Of a DNA stretch of 64,000 bases, positions 1 to 13,569 are shown in pieces (the first letter of the stretch is position 1; the number at the start of each line of letters is the position of its first letter). The stretch comes from Octopus sinensis (taxonomy: Eukaryota). The notes below the pieces were generated by a model. The model ran no database searches. It was given only the letters and a program-made list of their open reading frames with translations, and had not been told where the DNA came from. Position numbers and translations under genes: made by a program. Where the stretch lies: positions 20,894,001 to 20,958,000 of the forward strand of contig NC_043013.1 of the NCBI RefSeq assembly GCF_006345805.1, given 5' to 3'.

Positions 1-182
1 CAACGACGCATAGGAGACATATTCGCCACCCAATAGCACGAGATATACTACACATACTTTACGCAAAAATGGAAAAAAATAGCAGAAGAAACAATAGAAC
101 AGAGTCTATAGCAAGGCTAAACAGTTATGGTATTCTAACAAAAGTCTACGTAACAAAGGTGCAATTCTAAGAATGATAATAA

Positions 183-376
183 TGGTTTCGAATTTTGACA
201 CAATGCCAGAAATTTTGGAGAATGGTGTAAGTCGATTATATCGACCCCAGGGCTCCGCTGGTACTTATTTTATCGACCTTGAAAGGATGAAAGGTAAAGT
301 CGACCTCAGCGAAATTTGAACTCAGAACGCAAAGGCGGATGAAATGCCGCTAAGGATTCTGCAAGCTCATCGCCTT
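183..376 (-). mobile_element. tRNA-derived SINE family S1, tail type b
   Basis: Reverse complement has the head aaggcgatgagcttgcagaa, B-box-like gagttcaaattt and the family core cctttcatcctttcaaggtcgataaaataagtaccag; homologous to about 20 other copies in the window. Confidence 0.85.
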
Positions 377-399
377 TAACAAAAAAAAACAACAACAAC

Positions 400-510
400 A
401 ATAATAATGATACTACTACTACTACTACTACTACTACTAATAATAATAATAATAATAATAAAATAATAATAATAATAATAATAATGATGATGATGATGAT
501 GATGATGATA
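400..510. repeat. compound trinucleotide microsatellite (ACA/AAT/ACT/GAT)n
   Basis: Read directly. Confidence 0.95.
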
Positions 511-658
511 ATCCTTTCTACTATAGGCACAAGGCCTAAAATTTGCAGTTGGGGAATAGTCGATTACATCCACCCCAATATTTCATTGGTACTTATTTTA
601 TCGACCCCGAAAGGATGAAAGGCAAAGGCGAACTCGGCTGAATTTGAACTCTGAACGC
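509..658 (-). mobile_element. SINE S1, head-truncated
   Basis: atcgaccccgaaaggatgaaaggcaaag core, B box gaatttgaactc and b-type tail; followed by (AAT)n at 659-722. Confidence 0.8.
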
Positions 659-722
<64 letters not shown>

Positions 723-730
723 TGATTTAA

Positions 731-840
731 AATAATAGCAATTTTGACGGGAGCGAGCCCATTACTTGATTGCTACTTTATTTCATCAACCCCTGAGTGA
801 TGAGAGGCAAAGTTGTTCTCAGTGAGATTTGAATCCCAAT
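731..840 (-). mobile_element. degenerate SINE S1
   Basis: Diverged core tcaacccctgagtgatgagaggcaaagttg and gatttgaatc. Confidence 0.5.
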
Positions 841-1599
841 AATTATAGTGCACTAATTAACGGTTAACATGAAGAAGAAAAATAATGTGTACTTATTAAC
901 TTAGCGGTTAACATGAACGCATCTTCAGTTTGCAATATGAACCAAACGTTTTGACTGAAGGAGATTTCCGCGGGAAATCAATAATTTTATCAGAAAAATT
1001 ATCTTTACGTTATGAGGAGCGAAATTGTAAGTGGAGAGAGTAAGAAATAGAGTGAAAATAAAATATAGATCGAAAGTAAAATATATATGGCAATGATTAC
1101 ATAATCTGGCTGATTAGGGTAAGTTCTATCAACAACTCTTGAATGAAAGAAATATTGATGCAGTTCTCTATGATCTCTTGGAATAGATACACCGTATATA
1201 TATATGCATATACACACACACACAACTTTTGTTTTATTGCTTTTTGTCTGGTAACTTTTCTAGTTCTCATCTCAACGATATATTTTCAGCTCCAGCTAAG
1301 TACACAAATTGTTAATAGTCATAAGCACAGAAGTTCATACGCTCAGATATCAATTCTTAAAAAAAATTATATTGTAATTACTTTATATCAGAATTTGTGA
1401 ACAAAAGTGGTTTCTAACGGACAACCAGTTACTTGGTTCACTGACTCTTGGTTCAATGACATGTGTGATTAGGGAGAGTGTAACTCAGACATGGACAATG
1501 CTTTTTCTAGAAGACTGTTGGCTGCTTACTTTATGCTTTTGCTTGATGAGGGTGGTGGTCACCCCCAGGTTAGTGGTCCCAGAGCCTATGCATGGAGCA

Positions 1600-1745
1600 G
1601 GCTAGGTCCACCAGTTCTTTTCATTGCTGGTGGTCCTGTGCCAACGCCTCTGCATCCTCCAATGTGACATTGAGCTATTGGAGATCTTCCCCAATCACTT
1701 CCAGCCATCTGGTGCAGAGCCTGCCACGTGAGCTCTCCCAGACGA
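1600..1745 (-). mobile_element. RTE-clade LINE, C-terminal remnant
   Basis: Minus frame WESSRGRLCTRWLEVIGEDLQ*LNVTLEDAEALAQDHQQ* matches the RxRGRPxxRWxDxIxxDL...A.DRxxW end of RTE ORFs; in-frame stops. Confidence 0.7.
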
Positions 1746-2249
1746 TAGCTGCTGCGTCGAATGATAGTAAAGCCTTGTTAGAGTGTAAGTGCGTGTGTGC
1801 TTCGCTATTTCACTCATGAAATTAGGTGTGCCATTCCGATGTGCCGAAGTTTGCCTATAACTGATCTAACGCCATCCCAGAGTTTCAGAAAGGAGATATT
1901 TTAGATTCGTCGCTGTCGGTTCTATGCTGATATTAATCGATGAAAGATATGAATTATGAGCAGGGTATATAGACCAGCAACACACTACACACCCAAAAAA
2001 ACATACGAAGCACTCGTACACTTACTTTTATAATGCTTTCGCACATTTCTCACCACCCTTAATCTTTTTTTTCAAGGCATGACCCTTGCGCAATATATCA
2101 GGAAATAGGATCTAAACGTGGAACCACTTTTTTTATGTTTCTCTCCAGTATCAACACACGGTTTTAGAACAAGTCACTTGTCAAATATACAATTCCATAT
2201 ATACACACACATGAGAAAGCATGAACACACAGACCACACAGACAGACAC

Positions 2250-2620
2250 ACACACACATACAGATATATATATATATATACATATGCATACATTATATAT
2301 ATATATATATATCTATATATATATATATATGTATATATATAATATATATATATACACCATGTATATATATATATATTTATATATATACGACCATGCATAT
2401 ATATTATATATATATATAATAATATATATACGACCATGCATTATATATATATATATATATATACACACACAAACACATGCATATATATGCATATATATAC
2501 ACATACACATATATATATACACAGATATCTATATATTTATATACAAACGTGTATATGCACATGCATATATATATACAAGTATACATACATGTATGTATAT
2601 ATGTGTGAATAAATGAATGA
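2250..2620. repeat. (TA)/(CA)-rich degenerate microsatellite
   Basis: Read directly. Confidence 0.9.
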
Positions 2621-2808
2621 AGTCACTCATTCTTATAAGGCTACATAACACACAGCGATACTGTTTATTTCTGACAAGTAGAAAAAGCTAAAGACAGAGT
2701 TAAGTTAGGTCCATACTTGTCATATATAAGGACATTTTTATATCCTTGATGAATATGTAAATTGAAGCACTTAGAGCAACGGTATTTGAAAACTTTGGCC
2801 TCTTTCAG

Positions 2809-2917
2809 TTGTGGACTATCGCTAGAACAAATTTGCAGGTGGCTATCATTGATGGCCAGGTACACAATCTCCTTTATACTGACATCAAGGAATGTCAACA
2901 AGTCTTCTCAATCGCAG
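2809..2917 (+). CDS. candidate internal exon of an unidentified gene (LWTIARTNLQVAIIDGQVHNLLYTDIKECQQVFSIA)
   Basis: Acceptor ttggcctctttcag, donor CAG|GTAAGG, 109 nt, open frame, non-repetitive; product not recognised. Confidence 0.4.
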
Positions 2918-3376
2918 GTAAGGAAATGTACAAAAAATATATATACCAAGTGAAACTTGAAGGGTACCTCCTCTTCTTTCACACTCCTTCATCATCATCA
3001 TCATCATAACTGCCTTTGGAAGCCTCATTAACTCAATTTCATAATTAATGTTTTACTTAATGATTGCATCTAATAAGTATTAAAATGGAGAAAATCTTAT
3101 TGCTCTCAATCTCACTCACTCGCAAACACGCACACTCTCTTTCCACCTATCTCTTTCCACCTATCTTTTTCCATCTCTCTGTCTCTGTCTGTCTGTCTCT
3201 CTCTCTTCTCTCTCTCTCCCCCTCTCTCTCTTTCTCCGCCTCTCTTCATACACACACACATGTAATCTCTAACTCTCTCTTCACACCATCTACCAGTAAC
3301 ATTCATTCATTGCATGGACTTCAATAGAAAACTTACTCAGAATGTAATTATAGACTTAACATTAATCTAAGTGAGG

Positions 3377-3515
3377 CAGGGGCAACCTTTCTTGAGAAGT
3401 GGGCAGCATGAGACAAGGCTAATCATCGGGAAGACTGCTCTACTAGAAATTATTGAAGGTAATTTTTCTTTAGGTGTGTTACTCAGATGGTCCCGCGGGC
3501 CGCAAGTTACCCATG
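3377..3515. mobile_element. possible decayed hAT-type MITE
   Basis: Ends caggggcaacc and ggtcccgcgggccgcaagttaccca resemble hAT MITE termini; TSD not confirmed. Confidence 0.25.
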
Positions 3516-4536
3516 ACGGATTTGAGTAAATCCTCTTTTGTCCAAAATTTAATGAATTTATTTCAGCGTCAGTAATTGCTGCGCCGATCTAGGATAGAAA
3601 CGGAATACCCAGGAACTAGATTTTGTGAAACTGTTTCAAATCACAAGTGATGCGAAATTACTTTCATTGTTCAGGTTGTATGAAGACATTTTATAGAGTT
3701 CCATTGCTCAATATCAGACCATTCTCTGTCTGCTGAAAATAGAACAAATTTTGTTACCATGGAAATTTCTGAACTTTGCCACAGAAATACACATACAGTA
3801 TGCGTATGCACTCGCACGCTCGCACACACACACGCGCACGCAGGAAAAAAATACATTTGCCATAACGTACAAAGCACACTCAGTCATATAGACACATACA
3901 CACACACACACAAATAAACGGAGACATCACGCACAAAACGCACTAATACACACACATACACGCCCACACACGTACACACACATGCACAAACACACGTACA
4001 GACACACAAACCCACGTACAGACACACACATTCTCACACACTCGTAAAGTGAAGCTGTATTCAATACTCTAGAACCCGGCTCTGTTCTTCCCCTCTTTCT
4101 CTCCTCCTTAATCATTTACCCATTTATGTCCTCTTTCTTTCTCCCTAATCTCTTTCTCTCTTTTTGCCATGTCCCCTCTCCTCTTTATTCCCATAACTCT
4201 CAATCATTCTCTCATTCTCACCCTCCCTCTCTTTCTCTCTCTTTCTCCTCTCATCCTCTCTCATGCAACCTCTCTCTCATCTTCTTCTCCCCCTCTCACC
4301 ATCTCTTCCTGTCAACTTCCCTCTCAACTTCTCCTTTCTCTTCTATTCCACTTGGACTCAACTGCATGAAAGTCTACTATACTCTACCCTAGCAAATTAC
4401 TGGTATTCGTTATCACCAGAAACGTGTCATATACGAAACAAAGAACTTTATTTTGCTTTAATAAAGGAAAAAAATGAATTATTAAAGAATTATGACAAAA
4501 CGATGAAATGAAATATTAGCTGGAAGACACTTCACA

Positions 4537-4685
4537 GGGGCATGTATGGGTGCGTGGCAAAGTTTTTGCTTCGTAACCACTTGTTTTGGGGTTCCGATCC
4601 ACTGTCTGAGGCCTTGAGCTAGTATCATCAACTATCACCTCGGGCCAAAGCCTTGAGTGTGGATTTAGTAAACGCAAAGAGAAAA
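4537..4685 (+). mobile_element. degenerate SINE S2, 5' part
   Basis: Aligns to the S2 head and core (cctcgggcc..aaagccttg.gtgtggattt.gta). Confidence 0.6.
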
Positions 4686-4764
4686 AATTCTTTCTTGTAT
4701 ATATTTACAGGGAGACAACATTCAAAAGAATGCACTGATATACACACTCATACACACAGACACA

Positions 4765-4909
4765 GGTGTAGCTGTGTAGTAAGAAGCTTGATTCTCAACC
4801 ACATGCTTCCCCGTTCAGTCCCACTGGGACGCACTGGACGAGTAGTTTTACTATAGATCCAGACCGACCACAGCCTTGTGGGTGAATCTGATAGACGGAA
4901 AAGCCCGTC

Positions 4910-4982
<73 letters not shown>

Positions 4983-5635
4983 TATACATATATATATATG
5001 TATGTATATATGTATATATATATATATATTAGAAGGTTTGGAGATGACGTACAGGTATTTTATATTAGAAGAAATGAGGTATTCATAAATTCGCATGGTT
5101 TTATATTTACAGATATTTATTTGTATATTACATGTTTTTATACATCATATATTATGATATATGATGAATTTAGATATGGTGCGCTATTCGTCTTGTATTA
5201 AGTGTTTCATAGTGATGGAGATATTTTTATATATAGCACTTTCGTCCATTCTAGTGGAGTCGTCAAATTGAACTGAGTTTTTGCAGGAATTTTGACTCTT
5301 TTTATAGTGTTATTGAGTGTGTAGTGGAGGGGAGAGATATAAGATAGTACAAGAAGGTGATGAATGGGGAGAAAGTGAGAGAGAGCATGTGTGTGTGTGT
5401 TTTTGTATCTGGTGAGTGTGTGCATGTGTGTGTTTGTATACGTCAACCACCACTGTCTGACAACTGGTATTGGTGCGTTTACGTCCCTGTGACCTAGCTG
5501 TTCGACAGAAGTGACCGACGGAATAAGTACGAGATTCTAAAATAAAGATTTGAGCTTGATTTGTTCAACGAAATTTTTCAAGGCGATGCTCCAGTGTGGC
5601 CGCAGTTCAGTTACTGAAACAAGTGAAAGATAAAT
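4765..5635 (+). mobile_element. SINE S2 split at its internal microsatellite (5' half 4765-4911, 3' half about 5385-5635)
   Basis: 5' half ends aagcccgtcgtata(TA)n; 3' half carries tgacaactggtattggtgcgtttacgtccc...ctgaaacaagtgaaaga. That both halves are one copy is inferred. Confidence 0.65.
5030..5240 (-). mobile_element. (TA)n-abutting non-coding element, family E (pLTR-like end)
   Basis: Ends at the (TA)n tract 4911-5029; segment 5170-5237 recurs inverted at 6131-6195 with few mismatches. Confidence 0.5.
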
Positions 5636-6014
5636 GGCGTATGTACTGCATGGAGGTAGTTAAGAGGGTGAGTGTGTGATTTAGAGCGACCATAAACATT
5701 GTCGGTAGTAGAGTTAATTACTATTTTTATCAATGCTATTCACATGAAGATTTCACACTTGATAAATTTTCTAATATTAATTTATGCATCAAAATAATAA
5801 AATATCTTCATTAGATTGTTTGATAATGTCGAAGACATTGATCGTGTCTTCGATTTCATTCCTTAATGAAAACGGAACGCAGTCTAGCATACGTAGAAAG
5901 ATAGTGACCAACAGAAAAGTATTGTAGTATTGTAAAAATTGGAGAGGTAAGAAGAGAATAAGTGCTCAAAGTGTAATACTAATTTTCAATGATTTTCAGT
6001 AAGTACACACAACA

Positions 6015-6057
6015 ACTTCACACATGTTTCGTTTTATTTAAAACTCTTCAGTGAAGT
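6015..6057 (-). ncRNA. minimal type I hammerhead ribozyme motif with N17=G
   Basis: ACUUCA-CUGAAGA-GUUUU(AAAU)AAAAC-GAAA-C(AU)G-U-G-UGAAGU: 6-bp stem I, intact core, 5-bp stem II with G-C closing pair. Confidence 0.7.
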
Positions 6058-6494
6058 GTAGCCTTCCATATGCTTGTCTCATTCGTAACACCCCAATCGC
6101 TTTATTGACTTGCAGAAGTATATACATGTAGCTATAAAAAATATCTCCATCGCTATGAAACACTTAATACAAGACAAATAGCACACCATATCTAACTTCC
6201 CCAGAAATAGTACAAGTGGTTTTACTAGATGTGGGTCTAATGTTTCACAGGAAATGAGACATAGAATTTCATCTAATTATTTCATACAATCCAACCAATA
6301 GTTTAGGTAAATGCCAGCAGATACGATATGCTGTGTATGGTTTCAGAATAAATAAGCAGCGTCTCTTGTTTCTTTCAATTAAAAATCTGTGATCATCAAA
6401 CATGAGTGAATAAGACAATAAAGTGATTCGGCCAAGCGTGGACATGGCAATACTCATTAGAGATATATGTACATGTGCAGAAAGATAGATAGGT

Positions 6495-6543
<49 letters not shown>

Positions 6544-6619
6544 AAACTCAATACTTCTCAGTGGATATACTTACATATAAGTTGCACATTTGCAGCACTT
6601 ACACTACAAAAGCAGTATC

Positions 6620-7047
6620 TATGTATGGATATATTTATGTATGTATGGATATATTTATGTATGTATGTATGCATGCATGTATGTATGTATGTATGTATGT
6701 ATGTATCTATGTATGTGTGTATGTATGTATGTATGTATGTATGTATGTATGTATGTATGTATGTATGTATGGATGTATGCATGTATGTATGTTTGTATGT
6801 ATGTATGCATGTATGTATGTATGTATGTATGTATGTATGTATGTATGTATGCATGTATGTATGTATGTATGTATGTATGTATGTATGCATGTATGTATGC
6901 ATGTATGTATGTATGTATGTATGCATGCATGCATGTATGTATGTATGAATGTATGTATTTATGTATGCATGTATGTATGTATGTATGCATGCATGCATGT
7001 ATGTATGTATGCATGTATGTATGTATGTATGTATGTATGCATGTATG

Positions 7048-7078
<31 letters not shown>

Positions 7079-7269
7079 GTATGTATGTATGTATGTATGT
7101 ATGCATGTATGTATGTGTGTATGTATGTATGCATGTATGTATGTATGTATGTATGTATGTATTATGTATGTATGTATGTATGTATTATGTATGTATGTAT
7201 GTATGTATGTACGTATGTATGTATGTATGCATGTATGTATGTATGCATGTATGTATGTATGTATGTGTG

Positions 7270-7300
<31 letters not shown>

Positions 7301-7575
7301 GCATGTATGTATGTATGTACGTATGTATGTAAGCATGTATGTATGTATGTATGCATGTATGTATGTATGCATGTAAGCATGTATGTATGCATGCATGTAT
7401 GTATGTATGTATGTACGTATGTATGTATGTATGCATGTATATATGTATGCATGTATGTAAGCATGTATGTATGCATGCATGTATGTATGTATGTATGTAT
7501 GCATGTATGTATGCATGCATGCATGTATGTATGTATGTATGTATGTATGTATGTATGTATGTATGTATGCATGTG
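6620..7575. repeat. (TATG)n tetranucleotide array, about 950 bp
   Basis: Read directly; source of the YVCM and HTYI pseudo-ORFs. Confidence 0.98.
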
Positions 7576-8105
7576 TATACATTTACCCAGGCAATAATTT
7601 TATATCATTCTAGTTTCGTTATCATTTCCATCTCACATTTCTGTCGATCCCTCTTACCTCACTCAACTTCTACCCTTTGTAATTCCCCCCTCCCTCATTC
7701 AACTTCTTCTCTTTGTTACCCCTACCCCCCTCTCTCTCTCAACACTATTTCCTTCTACTCATTTATATCACTCTTCTCACTATATCACATCTCTCAACCC
7801 ATACTTCTGATTTTTCTCCTTCGGGTGTTTTTTTTTTTAAGTCTTCTCTATAAAACAGATTTTACCGATTTTATTTCTCTTCAAACGCTCTGCTCTTTGC
7901 TTCCGCTGCTGCTCCGGCTAATTTCAACGACTGTTATTTGAACTGCTTGTTCCACGTAACATTACAATCACTCAAAATGCCACATTAATATACACGTTTA
8001 ATCCTTTCTATGCAATGACATCATCCATTCAGAAATTACAGCGCCCTCTGTTGATGTGTACAAGCAGTCTTTTTTCATTTATTTCCCAATATTTTCACAG
8101 AATAA

Positions 8106-8256
8106 GGCGGCGAGCTGGCAGAAGCGTTAATGCGACGGGCAAAATGGTGAACGTCAGGTCGACTTTGCCTTTCATCCGTACTGGGGTCGATCTAATCGAC
8201 TTTCCCCCTCCCCAAAAATGTTGGGACTTGTACCTACAGTAGAAAAAAAGGGGGAA
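8106..8256 (+). mobile_element. internally deleted SINE S1 with 18-bp TSD
   Basis: Head ggcggcgagctggcagaa and b-type tail; aatattttcacagaataa is duplicated at 8088-8105 and 8257-8274. Confidence 0.85.
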
Positions 8257-8810
8257 AATATTTTCACAGAATAAACTCTGCCCTAATTACAATTCGTAAA
8301 ATGCTTGTTTTTTATTGTTATTAATAAAGAACATCTCAGGATTGAACTCATGTAACTAATATACGCTGATTCTACGTTTAAATATTAGAAAGTGTAAAAG
8401 AGAATTCTTCCTTTCTTACGTGACTCCTAAATTCCTAGGCGATTATTAGGAGTGCTATCGTAATATAGAGCGTGTTTCAGATATTCAAGTGAGACAGAAC
8501 CAATCCCTTCAACAGTCGAAGTTTTCCAGTGAGAGAGCGCGAGAAAAAGAGTAAATTATATTATACGAACTGTCACTAGATCAGTGATTATTCTGAGGAA
8601 ATACTGAAGTGTAAATGAAAAAGGAATGCTAGTAGACAACGGTACAGGGCGCTGTAATTTCTGAATGGATGATATTATTATATAGAAAGGGGTAAACATC
8701 TATGTTAATATGGCATTTGAGGGATTTTAATGTTACGACGAAGAAGTATTTCAAATACTAGTCGTTGTAAATGAAAAAGAAAGGAGAGAGAAGAATATGC
8801 TCGGAAACAA

Positions 8811-8880
8811 TTAAGGTAAAGTTGACTTTGGCGAAATTTGAACTGAGAACGAAGAGAGCAAATACCACAAAGGCGTTTGT
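8811..8880 (-). mobile_element. SINE S1 fragment
   Basis: aaggtaaagttgactttggcgaaatttgaactgagaacg. Confidence 0.55.
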
Positions 8881-10530
8881 AAGACTTCTCTCAAATGTTC
8901 GTCTTAAAGAAGAAAGATAGTTATTCTTGAAGTGCAGTTACTCCTTTAAAATCTTCGAAAGGAAAACAGCTACCCGGCATTGGGAATGAAAATCTTATCG
9001 TGAGTTTTGGTAGATGCGTTCCTTGCGCACTGCCCTGTTCCATCAATCTCAAAACTGAGTATTTGCAAGACAAACGTCTGAATCACATTAATCAGTGTTA
9101 GTCCTGGATTGTAGTTTATCAATGTACTATCGTTACATGTTAGACTAACGTCTAACTTGTAACGATAGTACATTGATATACAACTAATTATGATGTAATC
9201 CATAAGAGATTAAAAATATAAACCACTTATTCATTTGTCCCTCAAACGGTAAGCATTTCTTGAGAGGAGTCCGGATAAGGGTTTCGAAAAGAGATATAAG
9301 ACTACAATGCATTCGTCATAAATACAGCTAATAATCAAAAGCGAAATGCGAACTTTCGATGGAAGGAGTGCGAATGTTGAAATGACTGGCAGAGTCACTT
9401 CGATATCATGTAACTTAGAACAGATTTGATATTACGATATTCACAGCCTGGAATTCCATTAATCTGAGAGTAATATGTATGGTAGGCGACTTATACTTAT
9501 TCACTCCTAAATGCTCTCCATAACAAGTTAATAAAAACAAAGCTCTGTAGACAGCGTTTGGCTAATTTCCTTGTCATTAGTTCACTCGTTATTACTCGTT
9601 GTAGAAATTGATGAGAGAATAGCATTCACCTAAATGAATAACTTAAATAGAATGTACAAAGAAAAAATCTACAATGGTTACCCTAATGACCTAATCTGTT
9701 AAGGTATTTACCATTATTCAAAAGGCAGACACAGTTATTATAGTTGCACTGCGTTTGGACTATGTGATATGTCCGTTTTTAAACGGTAAAATCAATGTTT
9801 ATCTATCTTCGTTAAAATAATAGTTTTATTCCAGACAGAAATTACTCTGGCAAACTCTTGGAAGAGATATTATTTTCAATATAAATTAAATTCTGTGAAA
9901 CTTTCGAAACTGTAACCATTCCAGCAACAATGCAGAAAATAAATAGGAAAGTGTCAAAGCAAAACGATTTGCATGATTTATCGAACCAGCGTTAAGCAGA
10001 TCCACTTAATAAATATTGCTTTGCAGTGGCTACATCATTAAAACTAATTAGATCGATGATTCTACCATATGGCTAATACAATATATTTTGGCACCAATGA
10101 ACAGTTGGTTTGTTCTTCATTACAAAATTTATTACTCCAGTTAGATTTATATCTTGCTACCTTTCCCGCCCTCAGCTTCCTACCACCCAACTTCTTAACC
10201 TCGCAGCTTCCTCCTACCTGCCACATCCACGCTTACTTTTCTCTTGTTGTTTCAACACTTGCACGAGTGAAACATTTTCAGTTGCACTAAGATAATAGCT
10301 GCATTAAAATCGGTCGAAAATTACATTAAAATATCTAATATTTGATCGTTTGCGAAAAGAGCGAAGGTGAAGATATCTACTTTAAATCATAGCGAATAGA
10401 TTATTTAATGGTCGACTTAATGGCACAGGAAGGTAAGTAATTTTTCAGCGGCAGAAATTACGTGTATTCAGAAACATATATCATACCTGCAAATTTATAC
10501 ACACACACAAACACACACACACACACACCA

Positions 10531-10573
<43 letters not shown>

Positions 10574-10588
10574 ACACACACACATATA

Positions 10589-10628
<40 letters not shown>

Positions 10629-10845
10629 TTTATGAGATTGTGTACCTGTAATGCTTGTAAAGAAAGAATTTGTTACACGATAAATATTCAAGTGTTCATT
10701 TAGTATACAAACACACAGAATACCGAGACATTTCAGGGGGCGATAAGAAAAGATAGATGTAAACATATATATTAACGTACGAACATAATTAAATAAATTC
10801 CTACATAAATGTATATACAACATACATAAAACTTATAGACAAAAC

Positions 10846-10950
10846 GTACATCCATACAGAGTCTGTTCTGTCCAGTATACATATATTTTGTTGTGTTTGT
10901 ACATCCATACAGAGTCTGTTCTGTCCAATATACATATATTTTGTTGTTTT
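10846..10950. repeat. local tandem duplication, 53-bp unit x2
   Basis: gtacatccatacagagtctgttctgtcca(g/a)tatacatatattttgttg occurs twice. Confidence 0.9.
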
Positions 10951-10980
10951 TGTTGCTTGTTGTTATTATTATTCCAACAA

Positions 10981-11155
10981 AGGAATACAAATATCCGAAG
11001 CCCATTATACCCATCATGACTACCCGTCTGATAACGGAAGACCAGGTACCGATATGACAACCTTACAAGCGCAACATGGTGGTCTCATATCAATACAAAA
11101 AGCGCATGACCGGCAGGTGGGGGCCCACTTAGAATTTTCTTTAGGTTGCACTCAA
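10981..11155 (-). mobile_element. unclassified interspersed repeat abutting (ATT)n; homologous to 42551-42703
   Basis: Shared tatacccatcatg.c.acccgtctgataacgg.agaccagg and agcgcatgac. Orientation is inferred from the (TAA)n tail. Confidence 0.55.
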
Positions 11156-12677
11156 CCTTAAGAAATTTCTAACTGGGATGCAGGTTATCTCGCTCATTGG
11201 GTGTCCAGCTTATTCTCGCAACATGGACGTTCATTATTAATAATGTCATTTTACGAACAGTGGATACTCTCACATGTTAGTATTCCCTTAAGCTTTACAA
11301 TTTGTGGCAATTTTCAAGCTGATATCATTTGCTATACTTTATTTCCTCAGCAACCGGACAGCGCATTTTGTATTAGTGTGCCACTTGGTTTTTCAAATTA
11401 TGCTACAATCCCTATCTTTTTTTTTTTATCAAACCGACGTTGGCATTGGTGTTTCAGTTCGTAGATTTCAGACATGCCTCATATATGATGATCCCTACAT
11501 CACTGACGAACAAATATGGAATCACTAGACCGATAATAAAGCGGAGACGACTGCCCCACAATCTTTAAACAAGCACACATAACAGACTTTCATTCGAGAA
11601 AATCAAAAAGATGGAATGCTCAAGGATGTATTAGCATTGATGATAGATTTACTCTATCAGTACTGATCTGGTGTTAAATTAAAGTAATAGATTATATTTG
11701 AAAGTGGGAGCATTTACATGATCACATAATCTGCAAAAAGTAGCTTCTATACCTCTTTCAAAATCGCACCTATTGTGTTTCATTCAAATTCTTTAGCCTG
11801 TCTGTTGGTGTAAAATGTTATGCCTCAGACTATGGTCTTTATATTTACATAGCTCCTTTATTTTCAGGCTTTCCCAAACACAAATGATCGCTGGACTTAT
11901 CATTATCATCGATTTGTTACTGTCGTCCTTTGCGGCGGACATTTTGATTTTGTAGAAAAATGGACAAAGTGCCTTGTAGTATTTAGATTTCTGTGCTTTG
12001 TGTTTGTATTCTTATGAGTTGAACTTTGCGTTTCCCTGATCACCTCCCCTCAGAGGAATACAATAAGTACTATTAAGAACACACTACTGTTTAATCTACA
12101 TTATTTCTACCGCACACATCTATAATTGTGTTGTCTTACTCAAATATATAGAAATACACACTTTCCAAAATTCGTTTTTATCAAGCGCTGAAATCCTAAT
12201 ATTCATATTTTATTATTACATTGTTAAAGTTAGAATGTTTTGGAAGGCTGATATCGGCATATATTCCGAATTCTCAGGTTCTGCTATATAATTGCTGCTT
12301 TTGCAGACACATGTCGGCAGATTAATTGGTAAAAGAAATGTAGGTAACAGATATCTCCACTTTTAAGTAAAGACAATAAAGAAACACCATCGTTTCACTG
12401 TGTTAACAGAAATATAATTGCGTTCTACTTATGGCGTCACACTGACTAACAACTTACTGTAATGACATTACTACAGAAATTAACGTTTTCTTTCCTGATT
12501 CATATGCCAGCTCCAACGCTACATTTACACACTTTACGCAAACGCACAAAAAATACATTCAAAGACTGACATCATGCGTATGTACGCGTTTTCATGTGTG
12601 TATGCATATGATAAGTGTATATGGTACGCATGTATTGTATGTATATTATATATATATTTGCTTGTATATCACAAACG

Positions 12678-12723
<46 letters not shown>

Positions 12724-13160
12724 AGATTGTATATCATATATATATATGCTTCTATATATTTTTGTATAGTATATATGTACCTTATAAATGTGTATGTATA
12801 GCATATACATGTGCGCATATTGTATATATATATGTATATTGTGTATGTATGTAGATAATGTTTGCGTGTATGCGTGTACGTTTGAATGAATGCATGGGTT
12901 GATGGAGGTATGGATGGATCAGTGCATAAATTTGATCTTAAAATATTGTGCTCTAAAATTTTGTGATTTCAGTGTTTCTGTACAGGTAATTTCAACGGAG
13001 TTTGTTTATTATAAAAATGAAACAGTTTCTGTACGTCCAGTTACTTTATATATTCGGGCAAAATACTGTATATATTTTTAGTTATATTCACTTTAACCAT
13101 CCGTCGTACTCCGCTACGCATTAAATTAGAAATGAATGTCTGCTGTGCTTCAATAATTTG

Positions 13161-13196
<36 letters not shown>

Positions 13197-13569
13197 TACA
13201 CGTATAAACACATGCAACATGCATAGACACTGATAACCTTCGCCCACAAACATACGTTATACTCACGCACGTTATTTGGTCACAAACACACACACATACA
13301 TACGTGCACACACCACCTGAACAAACACACATCAACTGCTACACACAAAATACAGACGCATACTCAAACATATACTCACGTCCATATGCACAAACACACA
13401 CACTCGCCCACACATACTTACACACACGCCCCCATTCCCACATACGCACTCATACACTCCATTCTCACATACACATACGCGCCTGCGCAACTTTAGTTCC
13501 TTGGTTGTCACCGTTATCGTTATTATTATTATCTCCCTTTCATTCAGCCTCTTTTTTTCCGCTAATCTC

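Noticed and set aside
5829-5853. 9-bp hairpin tcgaagaca/tgtcttcga; also gatttcc/ggaaatc at about 962-978
   Set aside because: Too short to distinguish from chance.
6558-7941. Long ORFs of 100-277 aa (YVCM/HTYI repeats), likewise at 49639-50250 and in TA, ATT and GAA tracts
   Set aside because: They are translations of stop-free microsatellites, not genes.
9240-9260. aaacg|gtaagcatt repeated at about 21730 as possible duplicated exons
   Set aside because: No upstream similarity and weak acceptors; the cadherin-like reading at 21.65 kb is too short to support.
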